Notes under the pieces: generated by a model
What the model saw: only the letters and a program-made list of their open reading frames with translations
What the model was told of the DNA's origin: nothing
The model's database searches: none
NCBI GenBank assembly: GCA_023474215.1
Contig: JAMCYI010000011.1
Span: 16,739-80,738, forward strand
DNA length: 64,000 nucleotides
Source of the DNA: Patescibacteria group bacterium
Lineage (GTDB): Bacteria > Patescibacteriota > Minisyncoccia > UBA6257 > GWB1-50-10
Reading direction: 5' to 3'
Program-made: the position numbers and the translations under genes
Shown here: in pieces, positions 53,928-64,000 of the stretch
Layout of the letters: each line of letters starts with the position of its first letter
How positions within the stretch are numbered: position 1 is the stretch's first letter

Positions 53928-55409
53928 CTAATTGCCTTGCCCCGCCGCTTTCGGCGTCCGCCAATAGCCGAGGCGCGCTTTTCCTCCGATCATGAGCCTT
54001 GTTTGAGCATCGAGTGCCGGAATGGCGCCGAAGAAAATGAAGACGAGCGGCATAAGCGCCCACTCGACGAAATAATAGAAATAATATCTTTTCTTGAAAC
54101 CTTTGATCCGGGGCGCCATAAGAATGAGGCTCAAGACGGCCGAGACGATGATGCCGATCGTCGAAAGATTTAAAATGACGCCCGTCATCCGCGGCAGGTT
54201 ATACGACAAGATCGAGCTTTTGAAATTCTCGTTTCCAAGGATATTCGGGAGGATGCCGAACAAAAAAATGATAAACGAGCTCGTTGACCACGAAAAGAAG
54301 CCGTCGAATTCCGTCCACAGCCAAAATCGCCTGACTCTTTTCGGAATGCCACTCTCTCTTTTTAAATCCCTTGCAAGATACACGAAGTTTTCCGCCCCCC
54401 ACGCCCATCGTCGCTGTTGCTTGTAGAGATTCTTCATGGCCTCGAAAAAATTCTTTCCGACCACTGCGTCCATGTATACCGGATAGAGAAGAGGGACCGT
54501 CCGCCAATCGCCTTTGTAGCGCGCCAAGCATTGGAAGAATATCCGCGCATCCTCCGAAACGAGGTCGGTTTCCCAAAAACCCACATCGACGAGGGCTTTT
54601 AAAGGAAGGCTGTGCGAAGAAAAAGTGACCAGCTGTTCGGGGCGCGAAGATTGCATCAAATGCCAAAAGCTCGACGAAAACCCGACGAGCCGCGCAAAAA
54701 ATTTTGCATCCCCAAGATTGTTCGTGAAAAGCGGAATGGGCTGATAACTCGATCGGAGAGGATTGGGCGCTTTGAGGAAATGATACGCCAAGATGCCGAA
54801 GTAATCGCTCTCCGTTCTCGTGTCGCTGTCGAAAACGGAAACCAAAACATCCTCGTACGGAATGTGGCGTTCGTCGACGAGGACGGGTAAGGCGTGTTTG
54901 ATGGCCCACGTTTCATTGGATCCCTTCCCGGGCAGCTCGCCGGGCAAACCAGCCGGATGGAACGTTGTGGCAAACCCGCCGAATACCGATCTGAACTTTT
55001 TCTCTATCTTTTCCGCCGTCTCGCGATCCGCTTCCCCTCCCCGTTCTTCGCAGGCGAGAAGAACGAATATTTTTTCCTTCGGATAGTTCGCCTCAACCAA
55101 GCTTTCCAAACTTTGATCGACAACGCCGTATGGTTCCTTGTACATCGGCAATATAACGAGGTGGCGGATCCTTTCCCAATCCAACTTTTCCGCTTTCAGT
55201 CTTTCAAGCCAATCGATCTTGAGGTTCTTTCTCATACGCGAGAGGGCGAATCTGAGATGCAAAAACAAATAAAAAAGCTTGAGGAGCCAATAAAGATCGT
55301 AAAGTAAAATAAAAATAACGACCACTTGGGGCAACTTCCACGAAAGAAACGTAAGACCGAGGAGAGTAACCCAAGCAGCCGTGCCGGGAATCAGTTCATA
55401 AATCCGCAT
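53928..55409 (-). CDS. Membrane glycosyltransferase family 2
   Basis: PMYKE, GKGSNE, FDSD, SED and QQRRW processive motif; TM helices. Confidence 0.9.
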   Translation of the reverse strand: MRIYELIPGTAAWVTLLGLTFLSWKLPQVVVIFILLYDLYWLLKLFYLFLHLRFALSRMRKNLKIDWLERLKAEKLDWERIRHLVILPMYKEPYGVVDQSLESLVEANYPKEKIFVLLACEERGGEADRETAEKIEKKFRSVFGGFATTFHPAGLPGELPGKGSNETWAIKHALPVLVDERHIPYEDVLVSVFDSDTRTESDYFGILAYHFLKAPNPLRSSYQPIPLFTNNLGDAKFFARLVGFSSSFWHLMQSSRPEQLVTFSSHSLPLKALVDVGFWETDLVSEDARIFFQCLARYKGDWRTVPLLYPVYMDAVVGKNFFEAMKNLYKQQRRWAWGAENFVYLARDLKRESGIPKRVRRFWLWTEFDGFFSWSTSSFIIFLFGILPNILGNENFKSSILSYNLPRMTGVILNLSTIGIIVSAVLSLILMAPRIKGFKKRYYFYYFVEWALMPLVFIFFGAIPALDAQTRLMIGGKARLGYWRTPKAAGQGN

Positions 55410-55415
55410 GATGAT

Positions 55416-55820
55416 TTACCAAAGAAGAATGCCGAGCAAGCGATCGATGCTCAAAGACCCGCCGCTCAAAAACACGAGAAGCACGGCCGACGCGAGGATC
55501 AAAAGATCGAATTCATAGCCGCCGACGAAACCGCTTTTCCGTTTCACGGCCGCGATGATCACGATGAATTCAATGACGAAGAGTGCCGCGACGATTTGCG
55601 TGAAAAATCCCGCTATCAATGCCAAACCGCCGATGACCTCGAGGATCGCAACAAGCGTCCCCCACAAGCGCCCCGGTTTGAACCCCATGCTGGCAAAGCT
55701 CTCGCCCGTCGCTTTCAAATCCTTCATTTTGGGCAAACCGTGGCGAATGAAAATGAGCCCCAAGACAACCCTCAAGAACAAAATCCCCCAATCGCTCCAA
55801 ATCAACAGCAGTTGAATCAT
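55416..55820 (-). CDS. DoxX family membrane protein
   Basis: LRVVLGLIFIRHGLPK, EVIGG, GYEF and GGSLSID. Confidence 0.92.
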   Translation of the reverse strand: MIQLLLIWSDWGILFLRVVLGLIFIRHGLPKMKDLKATGESFASMGFKPGRLWGTLVAILEVIGGLALIAGFFTQIVAALFVIEFIVIIAAVKRKSGFVGGYEFDLLILASAVLLVFLSGGSLSIDRLLGILLW

Positions 55821-55888
55821 AGGGATAGTATACCCCTCCCCTTGAGCGATTTCCAGTTCCTTGATACCTTCTATACTACTGGCTTGCT

Positions 55889-56938
55889 ATGAAAATCCTA
55901 TCGATAGAAACAAGCTGCGACGAAACGTCGATCGCCTTCGTGGAAGCGTCCGGTGGGATCAAGGCCCCCCGCTTTACAGTGCTGCAGAACGTCGTTTCGT
56001 CTCAAATAGCGCTTCACGCCCCTTTTGGCGGCGTCGTTCCGAACATCGCGAAAAGGGAGCATCTGAAAAATTTACCTTTGGTTTTCAATACCATCTACTC
56101 CAAACCCTATTCCCTATCCCCTGATGTCATTGCCGTCACCGTTGGTCCCGGCCTTGAACCGGCGCTCTGGACCGGCGTCAACTTTGCAAAGGAGATCCGC
56201 AAGAAATATTTCCCGAAAGCGAAGCTTGTCGGCGTAAATCACATGGAAGGACACCTGTATTCTTTTTTGCTCGAGCAAAAAAAAATCAAATCCAAAGCTC
56301 AAATGACAAATGCCAAAACCTATCCAGCGGTGGGACTGGTGGTGAGTGGAGGGCACACGATACTCCTCTTACTCAAATCGCTCACGGAATGGAAAAAGCT
56401 CGGCGAAACGAGGGACGATGCGGTCGGCGAAGCCTTCGATAAAGTGGCTCGGATGCTCGGCCTCCCGTATCCCGGCGGGCCCGAAATCCAAAAGGCGGCA
56501 GCACAAGGCGATGCCGGGTCCATAAATTTTCCGCGACCGATGATGAAAGACAAGAACTACGATTTCAGCTTTTCCGGCCTCAAGACGTCGGTACTCTACT
56601 ATATAAGAGACCATAAAGAGCAATCACGAAACAAACATTTCGTCGAAGATGTCGCGGCGAGCTTCCAGGCGGCTGCCGTCGAAACACTCGCCCATAAAAC
56701 GGCCCGCGCCGTGCAAGAATTCAAGGCACAATCGATCATTCTTGCCGGCGGCGTCGCTGCAAACCGATCGCTCCGTGAAACGCTCGAGAGAACAAGCAAG
56801 AAACTCGGCGTGCACTTTTTTGCGCCGCCCATGGCATACAACACCGACAACGCCGCAATGATAGCCGCTGCTGCTTATATCCAAACGCTCAAAAAGAAGA
56901 ACCATCGCATTACAGCACAAGCAAATTTGACCCTTTGA
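55889..56938 (+). CDS. tsaD: tRNA N6-adenosine threonylcarbamoyltransferase
   Basis: IETSCDETS, GGVVP, HMEGH, VSGGHT, DDAVGEAFDK, FSFSGLKT and TDNAAMI. Confidence 0.97.
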   Translation: MKILSIETSCDETSIAFVEASGGIKAPRFTVLQNVVSSQIALHAPFGGVVPNIAKREHLKNLPLVFNTIYSKPYSLSPDVIAVTVGPGLEPALWTGVNFAKEIRKKYFPKAKLVGVNHMEGHLYSFLLEQKKIKSKAQMTNAKTYPAVGLVVSGGHTILLLLKSLTEWKKLGETRDDAVGEAFDKVARMLGLPYPGGPEIQKAAAQGDAGSINFPRPMMKDKNYDFSFSGLKTSVLYYIRDHKEQSRNKHFVEDVAASFQAAAVETLAHKTARAVQEFKAQSIILAGGVAANRSLRETLERTSKKLGVHFFAPPMAYNTDNAAMIAAAAYIQTLKKKNHRITAQANLTL

Positions 56939-56978
56939 AAGCTTTATTTTAGGCGGAAAATCGACCATAATAAGGTAC

Positions 56979-59171
56979 ATGAATGCCGACTTTTCGAAGC
57001 CGTACGATCCAAAGGAAACCGAATCTGGCATTTACCAAATGTGGCTCGATTCCGGGTACTTCAACCCCGATAACCTCCCAGCCGCTAAACCCCATACCCC
57101 ACACCCTAAGCCCTACGTAATCTACATGCCCCTCCCGAACGTGACGGGAACGCTCCATATGGGGCATGCCTTGGATAATACCGGATCGGATATTTTGATC
57201 CGGTATTACCGCATGAAGGGTTTCCGGACGCTCTGGCTTCCCGGAACCGATCATGCCGGTATCGCAACGCAGTACAAAGTTGAAAAAGAATTGCGTAAAG
57301 AGGGCGTTTCCCGGTTCGAGCTCGGTCGGGAAAAATTCATTGAACGCGTCTGGAAATGGAAAGAAGAGTATGGCGGCATCATCATCGATCAGCTCAAAAA
57401 ACTAGGCGCCTCAGCCGACTGGTCGCGCCTCCGGTTCACCATGGACCCGGATTACGCGAAGGACGTCCTCCAAGCCTTCGTCCATTACTACAAAAAAGAT
57501 CTTATCTATCGCGGCCTCCGTACGGTCAACTGGTGCCCGCGATGCGGTACGAGCTTATCGGAGCTTGAATTGGAACACCAGGAAGAAAAGGGGGCACTGT
57601 GGTACATCCGGTATCCAATCTCGAATGAAGGATTTCAAATTTCGAATTACGTGGTGGTTGCCACGACGAGGCCTGAAACGATGCTCGGCGACACGGCCGT
57701 TGCCGTGAATCCGAACGATAAGCGGTATGCGAAGCTCGTCGGGAAAACCGTACGGCTTCCTCTCGCCGACCGCACGATACCGATCGTCGCGGATATGAAA
57801 ATAGATCCCGGATTCGGGACGGGGGCCGTGAAGGTCACGCCGGCGCACGACATTCTCGATTTTGAGATCGGCCAGCGACATAAGCTCCCATCGATCCAAA
57901 TCATCGACGAACGGGGGAAAATGAATGCGAACGCCGGATCATATGCCGGCATGAAAACGGAAGAGGCGCGGAAAGCAATCGTCGAACGACTGGCATCCGA
58001 GGGATTGCTCGAAAAAGAGGAACCTTACGTGCACAACGTTACGATCTGCTATCGCTGTGGACACGTCATCGAGCCGATCCCTTCGATGCAATGGTTCCTC
58101 AAGATGGACAAGCTCGCCCATAGCGCCTTGAAGACGGTTCGATCCGGCACCGTGAACATTCAGCCGGAAAATTTTCAAAAGATTTATTTCGACTGGCTCG
58201 AGAACATACGCGATTGGACGATCTCGCGCCAGCTCTGGTGGGGACACCAACTGCCCGTTTACTTCTGTAAACAGGCAGCGAATGACAAATTCCAAGTTCC
58301 AAGTTCCAAAAACGGAAATAATTTTGTTGTCGCTTCGGAAAAACCGAAAACCTGCCCCTTCTGCGGGGCATGCGACATGGAGCAATCACCGGACGTGCTC
58401 GACACGTGGTTCTCGTCGGCCCTGTGGCCCTTTGCCGGCCTTTCAGAATCCGACCGGAAGAATTATTACCCCGGCAATTTCGTTTCAAATGCACGTGACA
58501 TCTTGAATTTGTGGGATGCCCGCATGATATTTTCCGGACTTGAATTCATGGGGAAGCCGCCTTTTCAAAACGTTTTCGTCCACGGCACCATCCTTACAAA
58601 GGACGGCAAACGCATGTCGAAAAGCTTGGGAACCGGCATCGATCCCCTGAAATACATCGATCAATACGGGGCAGACGCAACCCGCTTTGCTGTCGTTTGG
58701 CAGGCGAACGGACAGGATATCCGCTGGGACGAAGCGGCGGTCATGGCCGGCAGAAAATTTTGCAACAAGATATGGAACGCGAGCCGGTTTGTTCTGGAAC
58801 AAACCGCAACTTCAAAATTCGAGATTCGAAATTCGAAGTTGGCTCCACAAACCGAAGCAGACAAGGAAATCTTAAGCAAGTTGGCTGAAACCAAAAAGCA
58901 AACCGAGCAATACATCGAAACGTTCGAATTTGCGAAGGCTCTTCAAAATCTTTACGACTTCTTTTGGCACAACTTTTGCGACACCTACCTCGAAGAATCG
59001 AAGAAGCAGGTCACTGACGAGAAGATGAGACCTTCCACCCAAACGATCTTGCGGAATACCCTCATCGAATCTCTTAAAATGCTCCATCCGTTCATGCCTT
59101 TTATAACCGAGGCTGTCTATCAAAACCTCAACGAGCAAAGCGATCGATTTCTCATGACAACCGAATGGTGA
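56979..59171 (+). CDS. valS: Valine--tRNA ligase (lacking the C-terminal coiled coil)
   Basis: PNVTGTLHMGH, DHAGIATQ, GTGAVKVTPAHD, SRQLWWGH and RMSKS. Confidence 0.98.
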   Translation: MNADFSKPYDPKETESGIYQMWLDSGYFNPDNLPAAKPHTPHPKPYVIYMPLPNVTGTLHMGHALDNTGSDILIRYYRMKGFRTLWLPGTDHAGIATQYKVEKELRKEGVSRFELGREKFIERVWKWKEEYGGIIIDQLKKLGASADWSRLRFTMDPDYAKDVLQAFVHYYKKDLIYRGLRTVNWCPRCGTSLSELELEHQEEKGALWYIRYPISNEGFQISNYVVVATTRPETMLGDTAVAVNPNDKRYAKLVGKTVRLPLADRTIPIVADMKIDPGFGTGAVKVTPAHDILDFEIGQRHKLPSIQIIDERGKMNANAGSYAGMKTEEARKAIVERLASEGLLEKEEPYVHNVTICYRCGHVIEPIPSMQWFLKMDKLAHSALKTVRSGTVNIQPENFQKIYFDWLENIRDWTISRQLWWGHQLPVYFCKQAANDKFQVPSSKNGNNFVVASEKPKTCPFCGACDMEQSPDVLDTWFSSALWPFAGLSESDRKNYYPGNFVSNARDILNLWDARMIFSGLEFMGKPPFQNVFVHGTILTKDGKRMSKSLGTGIDPLKYIDQYGADATRFAVVWQANGQDIRWDEAAVMAGRKFCNKIWNASRFVLEQTATSKFEIRNSKLAPQTEADKEILSKLAETKKQTEQYIETFEFAKALQNLYDFFWHNFCDTYLEESKKQVTDEKMRPSTQTILRNTLIESLKMLHPFMPFITEAVYQNLNEQSDRFLMTTEW

Positions 59172-59866
59172 CCGACTACCTCAATTTGATCCCGGTATTT
59201 GTGATTGCCGCCATCCCGGCTCTCGTCTGGCTTCTTTTTTTCCTCAAAGAGGATCTGCATCCGGAGCCAAAAAAGATGCTCGCTATAACGTTCCTTGCGG
59301 GCATGGCGTCAAGTATCCCCGTCCTCTTCATTGAGCTCGTATTCCAAAAAATAGCGATAAGCCCGCTCCACAGCATCCTTCTCTTCATCGTTGGCATCGC
59401 TATTATCGAAGAGGTTTTTAAATTTTTCGCGACCTATCTCGCGAATGCCGAAAGTAAGTACCTCGACGAGCCCGTCGATGCCATGATCTACATGATCACG
59501 GCCGCTCTTGGATTTGCGACAATAGAAAATTTCTTCGTTGTGAGAAATAGCCTCGATATCGTGAACTTGAAGACCATCTTCGACATGCTGAATGCGGTCT
59601 CCCTCCGCTTCGTCGGTGCCACGCTTCTCCATGCGCTCGCTTCCGGTATCGTCGGTTATTACTGGGCACTCGATCGTTTCAAAAAAAAGCGCGGGGCGGT
59701 TTGGATCGGCCTTCTCATAGCAGCTGCAGTTCACGCCATTTTCAATTTCTTCGTCGTGCAATTCCAATCGAGCGATATTTTTTACCCGACGTTTTTCCTC
59801 GTTTTCATCGCATTTTGGGTTCTTGCCGACTTTGAGCGTACCAAAAGAATAAGCAACGGTGTATAA
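59165..59866 (+). CDS. prsW: PrsW family intramembrane metalloprotease
   Basis: PEP, EEVFK, LGFATIEN, HA...HAIFN. Confidence 0.9.
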   Translation: MVTDYLNLIPVFVIAAIPALVWLLFFLKEDLHPEPKKMLAITFLAGMASSIPVLFIELVFQKIAISPLHSILLFIVGIAIIEEVFKFFATYLANAESKYLDEPVDAMIYMITAALGFATIENFFVVRNSLDIVNLKTIFDMLNAVSLRFVGATLLHALASGIVGYYWALDRFKKKRGAVWIGLLIAAAVHAIFNFFVVQFQSSDIFYPTFFLVFIAFWVLADFERTKRISNGV

Positions 59867-59873
59867 TGGAAAT

Positions 59874-60320
59874 ATGGACGAAGAAAATAAGGGCAGTGAT
59901 ATCTTTGTGGAACTCGCCAAGGTGAAGAGCGATCCAGTTCCCATTAAAATCGAGGATGATAAAACTTCCATCTCTTCCGACGAAGGCGAAGGGACGCTGA
60001 CGGTTGACGTGTATGATGACGGCGACGATATCGTGGTTCAATCGACCGTTGCGGGCGTCGATGATGACGATCTCGAGATCAACATCACGACCGAATCAGT
60101 GACTGTGAAAGGCACCCGGAAGCAAGAAAAGAAAATCGAAGAAAAGAATTATTTCTATCAGGAACTTTTTTGGGGATCGTTTTCACGGTCCATCATCCTT
60201 CCTCAGGAAGTCGATCCGGACCACTCGACGGCGAATCTCTCGAAAGGCGTTCTGACCATCCGCATGCCGAAACTCACCCGCTCGAAGACAAAAAAATTGA
60301 AGGTGAAGGCAGCAGACTAG
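59874..60320 (+). CDS. Hsp20/alpha-crystallin small heat-shock protein
   Basis: VDVYD, ELFWGSFSRSIILP and GVLTIRMPK. Confidence 0.93.
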   Translation: MDEENKGSDIFVELAKVKSDPVPIKIEDDKTSISSDEGEGTLTVDVYDDGDDIVVQSTVAGVDDDDLEINITTESVTVKGTRKQEKKIEEKNYFYQELFWGSFSRSIILPQEVDPDHSTANLSKGVLTIRMPKLTRSKTKKLKVKAAD

Positions 60321-60379
60321 GGCGGATACGGAGCGGAGATACATGGAGATGAGGAGATACTATCCACAAGTATCAGTTT

Positions 60380-61828
60380 TTATCCATTTGTATCCAACCA
60401 CCTTTTTACGTATCCGTTAAATTTCTCTCCTCTGTCAAACTCGTTTTTGAATTTTTCGAAGCTCGCAGCGCCGGGAGAGAAGAGAACAACCACAGGGTTT
60501 AGGGGATAGGGTTTAGGGGATAGGGTTTTTACCCTTTCCACAATCGATTCGAGATCTTCAAATAGTTGGGGTCCCCCTTTTTTGAAGTAATTCTGCTTCT
60601 TCAGTTCGGCAATAAGCCTTTTCGTCGCGCTGCCGTTCAAGAAAAAAACATCTCCCGACGGAAGCGCGCTCCGTATCTCCTTCGCGAGCGGTTTAAAATC
60701 GAGATTTTTGTCCGTCCCGCCGGTTATTAAGATCAGCCGGCCGTTACCATGGAACCTCCGAATGGCAGCCATCACGGCATCGGGTGACGTTGCCGCCGAG
60801 TCGTTGACCACCCGCAAGCCTTCCTTTTCGAGGATTATCTCCTCCCGGTACTTTATCTCCGGCAAACTCCTCACTGCCGCCGCGATCTCGAACCAAGAAA
60901 TGCCGGCGAGGTGCGCAGCAAGGGCTGCGGCCATGAGATTTATCACATTATGTTCTCCCCTCTTTCGAGTCAACGAAACCGCACCCTCCGATATCACTTC
61001 TTCACTCCGTCCATTTTCTTGGAAAAACAAAGAGCCGTTCTTCAGGAAAATCCCGTTCTTGCTTTTCGATAAGCGTCTCAGGGAAAAGAAATAGATCTTT
61101 GCCTTCGGATGTAGTTTCAGGAAAAATGCGGTCCATCGGCTGTCGCCATTCAAAACCAGCTTTTGATCCTTCTTTTGCCCCTTGAAGATGTTCGCTTTCG
61201 CGCGCGCGTAATCTTCCATTTCTCTATAACGATTCAAATGGTCCGAAGAAAGGTTCGTTATGACGGCGATTTCCGGTGCATACTTCGACCCCGGCAAGCG
61301 TTCCAGATGCCACGACGAAAGTTCAACGACCACCGGCGTTTTCGTGCTTTTCAGCCGATCCGCCAAATCAAGAAGTGCAAGATTTGATGAATTTCCCGCA
61401 GCAGCGACATTTTTATTTCTTGTCCGCAAAAAATGAGCTACCCAATTTGTCGTGGTCGTTTTTCCCCGAGTTCCCGTGACAGCGATCACCGGATTTTCCA
61501 CGACATCAAAGAATATTCGCGCATCATTCACCAAAAGCCGCTTCCGCTTCTTTGCAACGGCGAGGTATTCGCTTTCGCGCCGCACGGCTGGATTCACGAC
61601 AATGATGTCGTTCCATTCAAAATCTTCCTTCCGATGTTCGCCAAGAATGAACTTTATTTTTTTCGCCGCGCTTCCGAGCGATCGGATCGAAGCCTCGAGC
61701 TCGCTTTTCGTCCGCATATCGGTCACCGTGACACGGGCGCCGTGGCGCACGAGCCATTTGGCCGTCGCAACGCCGCCGCCCAGGACCCCGAGTCCCATCA
61801 CTAAAACTTTTTTATCCTTAAGATTCAT
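60380..61828 (-). CDS. murD: UDP-N-acetylmuramoyl-L-alanine--D-glutamate ligase
   Basis: GLGVLGGG, VTGTRGKTTT, VVELSSW, DHLNRY, NDSAAT, GGTDK and SPGAASF. Confidence 0.95.
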   Translation of the reverse strand: MNLKDKKVLVMGLGVLGGGVATAKWLVRHGARVTVTDMRTKSELEASIRSLGSAAKKIKFILGEHRKEDFEWNDIIVVNPAVRRESEYLAVAKKRKRLLVNDARIFFDVVENPVIAVTGTRGKTTTTNWVAHFLRTRNKNVAAAGNSSNLALLDLADRLKSTKTPVVVELSSWHLERLPGSKYAPEIAVITNLSSDHLNRYREMEDYARAKANIFKGQKKDQKLVLNGDSRWTAFFLKLHPKAKIYFFSLRRLSKSKNGIFLKNGSLFFQENGRSEEVISEGAVSLTRKRGEHNVINLMAAALAAHLAGISWFEIAAAVRSLPEIKYREEIILEKEGLRVVNDSAATSPDAVMAAIRRFHGNGRLILITGGTDKNLDFKPLAKEIRSALPSGDVFFLNGSATKRLIAELKKQNYFKKGGPQLFEDLESIVERVKTLSPKPYPLNPVVVLFSPGAASFEKFKNEFDRGEKFNGYVKRWLDTNG

Positions 61829-61847
61829 ACCTTCTATTAATTATAAG

Positions 61848-61985
61848 AAAAACCATGTTATTTTGAGGCAGCTCTCGGAGGCGAGCAAGCTTGGTTCCCC
61901 GGAAGGGATTGCGAGCCGAGAGCGCAGGGCGGCCTTGGCCGCTGGAGCCAAGGAACGTCCGGTGCCGAAAAGTAACATGGTTTTT
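61848..61985 (+). repeat. Structured intergenic element, family B copy 2
   Basis: 17-bp terminal inverted repeat unrelated in sequence to copy 1; shared core with 42686-42827. Confidence 0.8.
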
Positions 61986-61988
61986 TGC

Positions 61989-63956
61989 TTAAAGGAACGG
62001 AACGATGAGGAGAGCCACAATGTTGATAACCTTGATAAGCGGGTTAATCGCGGGACCTGCGGTATCCTTATACGGATCGCCGACGGTGTCTCCCGTAACG
62101 GCAGCCTTATGAGCATCCGACCCCTTGCCGCCGAAGTTGCCCGATTCGATGTATTTCTTTGCATTATCCCACGCGGCTCCACCAGAAGTCATGGAAATCG
62201 CGATGAAAAGTCCCGAGACGATCGTGCCGATCAAGAACCCGCCGAGGGCCTCCTTTCCCAAAACGAATCCAACGAGGAGCACCATCGCGACCGGCAAAAG
62301 CGCCGGAACAATCATTTCTCGGAGCGCCGACTTCGTCACGATGTCGACGGCCTTCTTATAATCGGGTTTCGCCGAACCCTCGAGAAGTCCCTTGATTTCC
62401 CGAAACTGCCTCCGGATTTCTTCGACAATCGAGCCGGCCGCCTTACCGACCGATTTCATGGCCATCGATCCGAATAGATAGGGAATCGAAGCTCCTAAAA
62501 TGAGGCCGATTAAGACGTATGGGTTTTGAATATCGAACGTGACATTCGAAGAGATTTTTTGAACCGCGTCTGTGTATGCACTAAAAAGCACAAGTGCGGC
62601 GAGCCCGGCCGATGCGATGGCATATCCTTTCGTTACCGCTTTCGTGGTGTTCCCGACGGCATCCAAGGCATCTGTGATCTTCCGGACCTCTTCCGGAGCA
62701 CCGCTCATTTCGGCGATACCGCCGGCATTATCCGTGATCGGCCCAAATGAATCAATGGAAACGATGATGCCGGCAACGGAAAGCATCGAAACAGCGGCGA
62801 TGGCGATGCCATAGATGCCCGCAAGCAAGTATGATCCAATGATGCCGGCAACGATGACAAGAATCGGCAGGAAGGTCGCTTCCATACCAACCGAAAGGCC
62901 AATAATGATGTTTGTTCCATGCCCCGACTTCGAAGCGTCGGCGATGTTCTTCACCGGCTTGTACTTTTTCGAAGTGTAATAATCCGTGATGACGACCATG
63001 AGAGCCGTTACGAGAAGACCGATAAGGCTCGAAAGAAATATATTCATGGCATTCCCTCCCATGAATGACTGAGCGGCAAAATAGAATAAGATCGCTGCCA
63101 CAATCAAGGCGACAGCGAGCCCTTTGTAGAGTGCACCCATAATTGATTCGCTTGTACCGAGCTTCACAAAGAAACTTCCGATGATTGAAGCAATAATCGC
63201 AAGGCCGCCCATGACGAGCGGAAAGATGAGTTGGGCACCGGAAAGCGCAAGTGCGCTTCCGATCAAAATCGAAGCGGTCAAGGTCACCGCGTACGTCTCA
63301 AAAAGATCGGCGGCCATGCCGGCGCAGTCGCCGACATTGTCGCCGACATTGTCGGCGATCACGCCCGGATTCCGCGGATCATCTTCCGGAATGCCGGCTT
63401 CAACTTTCCCGACTAAATCGGTTCCGACATCCGCCGCTTTCGTAAAGATGCCACCGCCGAGGCGGGCAAAAACAGAGATTAAGCTCGCGCCGAATCCAAG
63501 ACCGATCAAACTCCGGACATCATGCGTCAAAAGGAAGAATCCTGAAACCGCAAGAAGACCAAGACCGACGACAAGGAGTCCCGTGACCGATCCGGCCTTG
63601 AAGGCGAGCGAGAGCGCCGATTTCAACCCTCGGCTCGCTGCGTCCGTCGTTTTCGAGTTCGATCGGACGGCGACGCTCATGCCGAGAAATCCCGCGAGAG
63701 CCGAAGCGATCGAGCCGACCAAAAATCCCACGGCCGTCAGCCAGCCGAGCGCGAGGTAAATTGCGACGAAAAGAATGACCGCAACGACCCCAACCGTTTT
63801 GTACTGCCGCCCAAGATATGCGGATGACCCTTCTTGGATCGCTCTCGAAATCTCTTTCATTTTATCGCTCCCCGAACCCTGCTTTTTGAGCCAGAACGCA
63901 AGGTATCCGGTATAGAGAACTGCAAGAATGACGGGGCCGAAAATCAAATAATTCAT
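61989..63956 (-). CDS. hppA: Membrane-bound proton-translocating pyrophosphatase
   Basis: [41 protein letters not shown] and [11 protein letters not shown]. Confidence 0.97.
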   Translation of the reverse strand: MNYLIFGPVILAVLYTGYLAFWLKKQGSGSDKMKEISRAIQEGSSAYLGRQYKTVGVVAVILFVAIYLALGWLTAVGFLVGSIASALAGFLGMSVAVRSNSKTTDAASRGLKSALSLAFKAGSVTGLLVVGLGLLAVSGFFLLTHDVRSLIGLGFGASLISVFARLGGGIFTKAADVGTDLVGKVEAGIPEDDPRNPGVIADNVGDNVGDCAGMAADLFETYAVTLTASILIGSALALSGAQLIFPLVMGGLAIIASIIGSFFVKLGTSESIMGALYKGLAVALIVAAILFYFAAQSFMGGNAMNIFLSSLIGLLVTALMVVITDYYTSKKYKPVKNIADASKSGHGTNIIIGLSVGMEATFLPILVIVAGIIGSYLLAGIYGIAIAAVSMLSVAGIIVSIDSFGPITDNAGGIAEMSGAPEEVRKITDALDAVGNTTKAVTKGYAIASAGLAALVLFSAYTDAVQKISSNVTFDIQNPYVLIGLILGASIPYLFGSMAMKSVGKAAGSIVEEIRRQFREIKGLLEGSAKPDYKKAVDIVTKSALREMIVPALLPVAMVLLVGFVLGKEALGGFLIGTIVSGLFIAISMTSGGAAWDNAKKYIESGNFGGKGSDAHKAAVTGDTVGDPYKDTAGPAINPLIKVINIVALLIVPFL

Positions 63957-64000
63957 GATTTTTGATTAATTATTGATAGTATTATTCGACTTCTTTTTTA

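Noticed and set aside
60321-60397. Short GGATAC/GAGATAC and TATCC repeats between hsp20 and murD
   Set aside because: Too degenerate to define a unit or boundaries by eye.

Overview
A gene-dense chromosomal window from what is very probably a Patescibacteria (CPR, Parcubacteria-like) genome. This is inferred from the N-terminally truncated IF2, alpha2-type GlyRS, short ValRS, CPR-style secreted proteins and many apparently leaderless genes. It holds housekeeping genes (comF, clpP, tyrS, infB, rbfA, rlmB, dus, leuS, tatD, metG, glyS, recO, tsaD, valS, murD, hppA), 11 tRNA genes, an ECF-sigma/MacAB-type operon and a 10-kb surface-protein cluster. The best candidate for an undescribed system is a 140-180 bp non-coding element found behind three different tRNAs (Gly-GCC, Ser-GCT, Arg-GCG). 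Each copy has a covarying hairpin with a fixed AACYGCTT apex, an inverted copy of that tRNA's own T-arm, a conserved ~75-bp multi-hairpin core and a duplication of the tRNA 3' end starting in the T-loop. Two free-standing LAGLIDADG-type genes also sit next to tRNAs and are possible trans-acting partners. Other highlights are a T9SS-sorting-domain beta-propeller and a lipoprotein glycoside hydrolase that look imported from an FCB-group bacterium, and three tandem fibre-like paralogues. There are also 7-bp tandem repeats in frame inside essential genes, a His/Trp leader-peptide attenuator, a 3-kb island bounded by a 28-bp duplication of the dus 3' end, and a second family of covarying intergenic hairpin elements. 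No CRISPR array, rRNA, integrase, transposase or reverse transcriptase was seen. All calls were made by eye without database searches.
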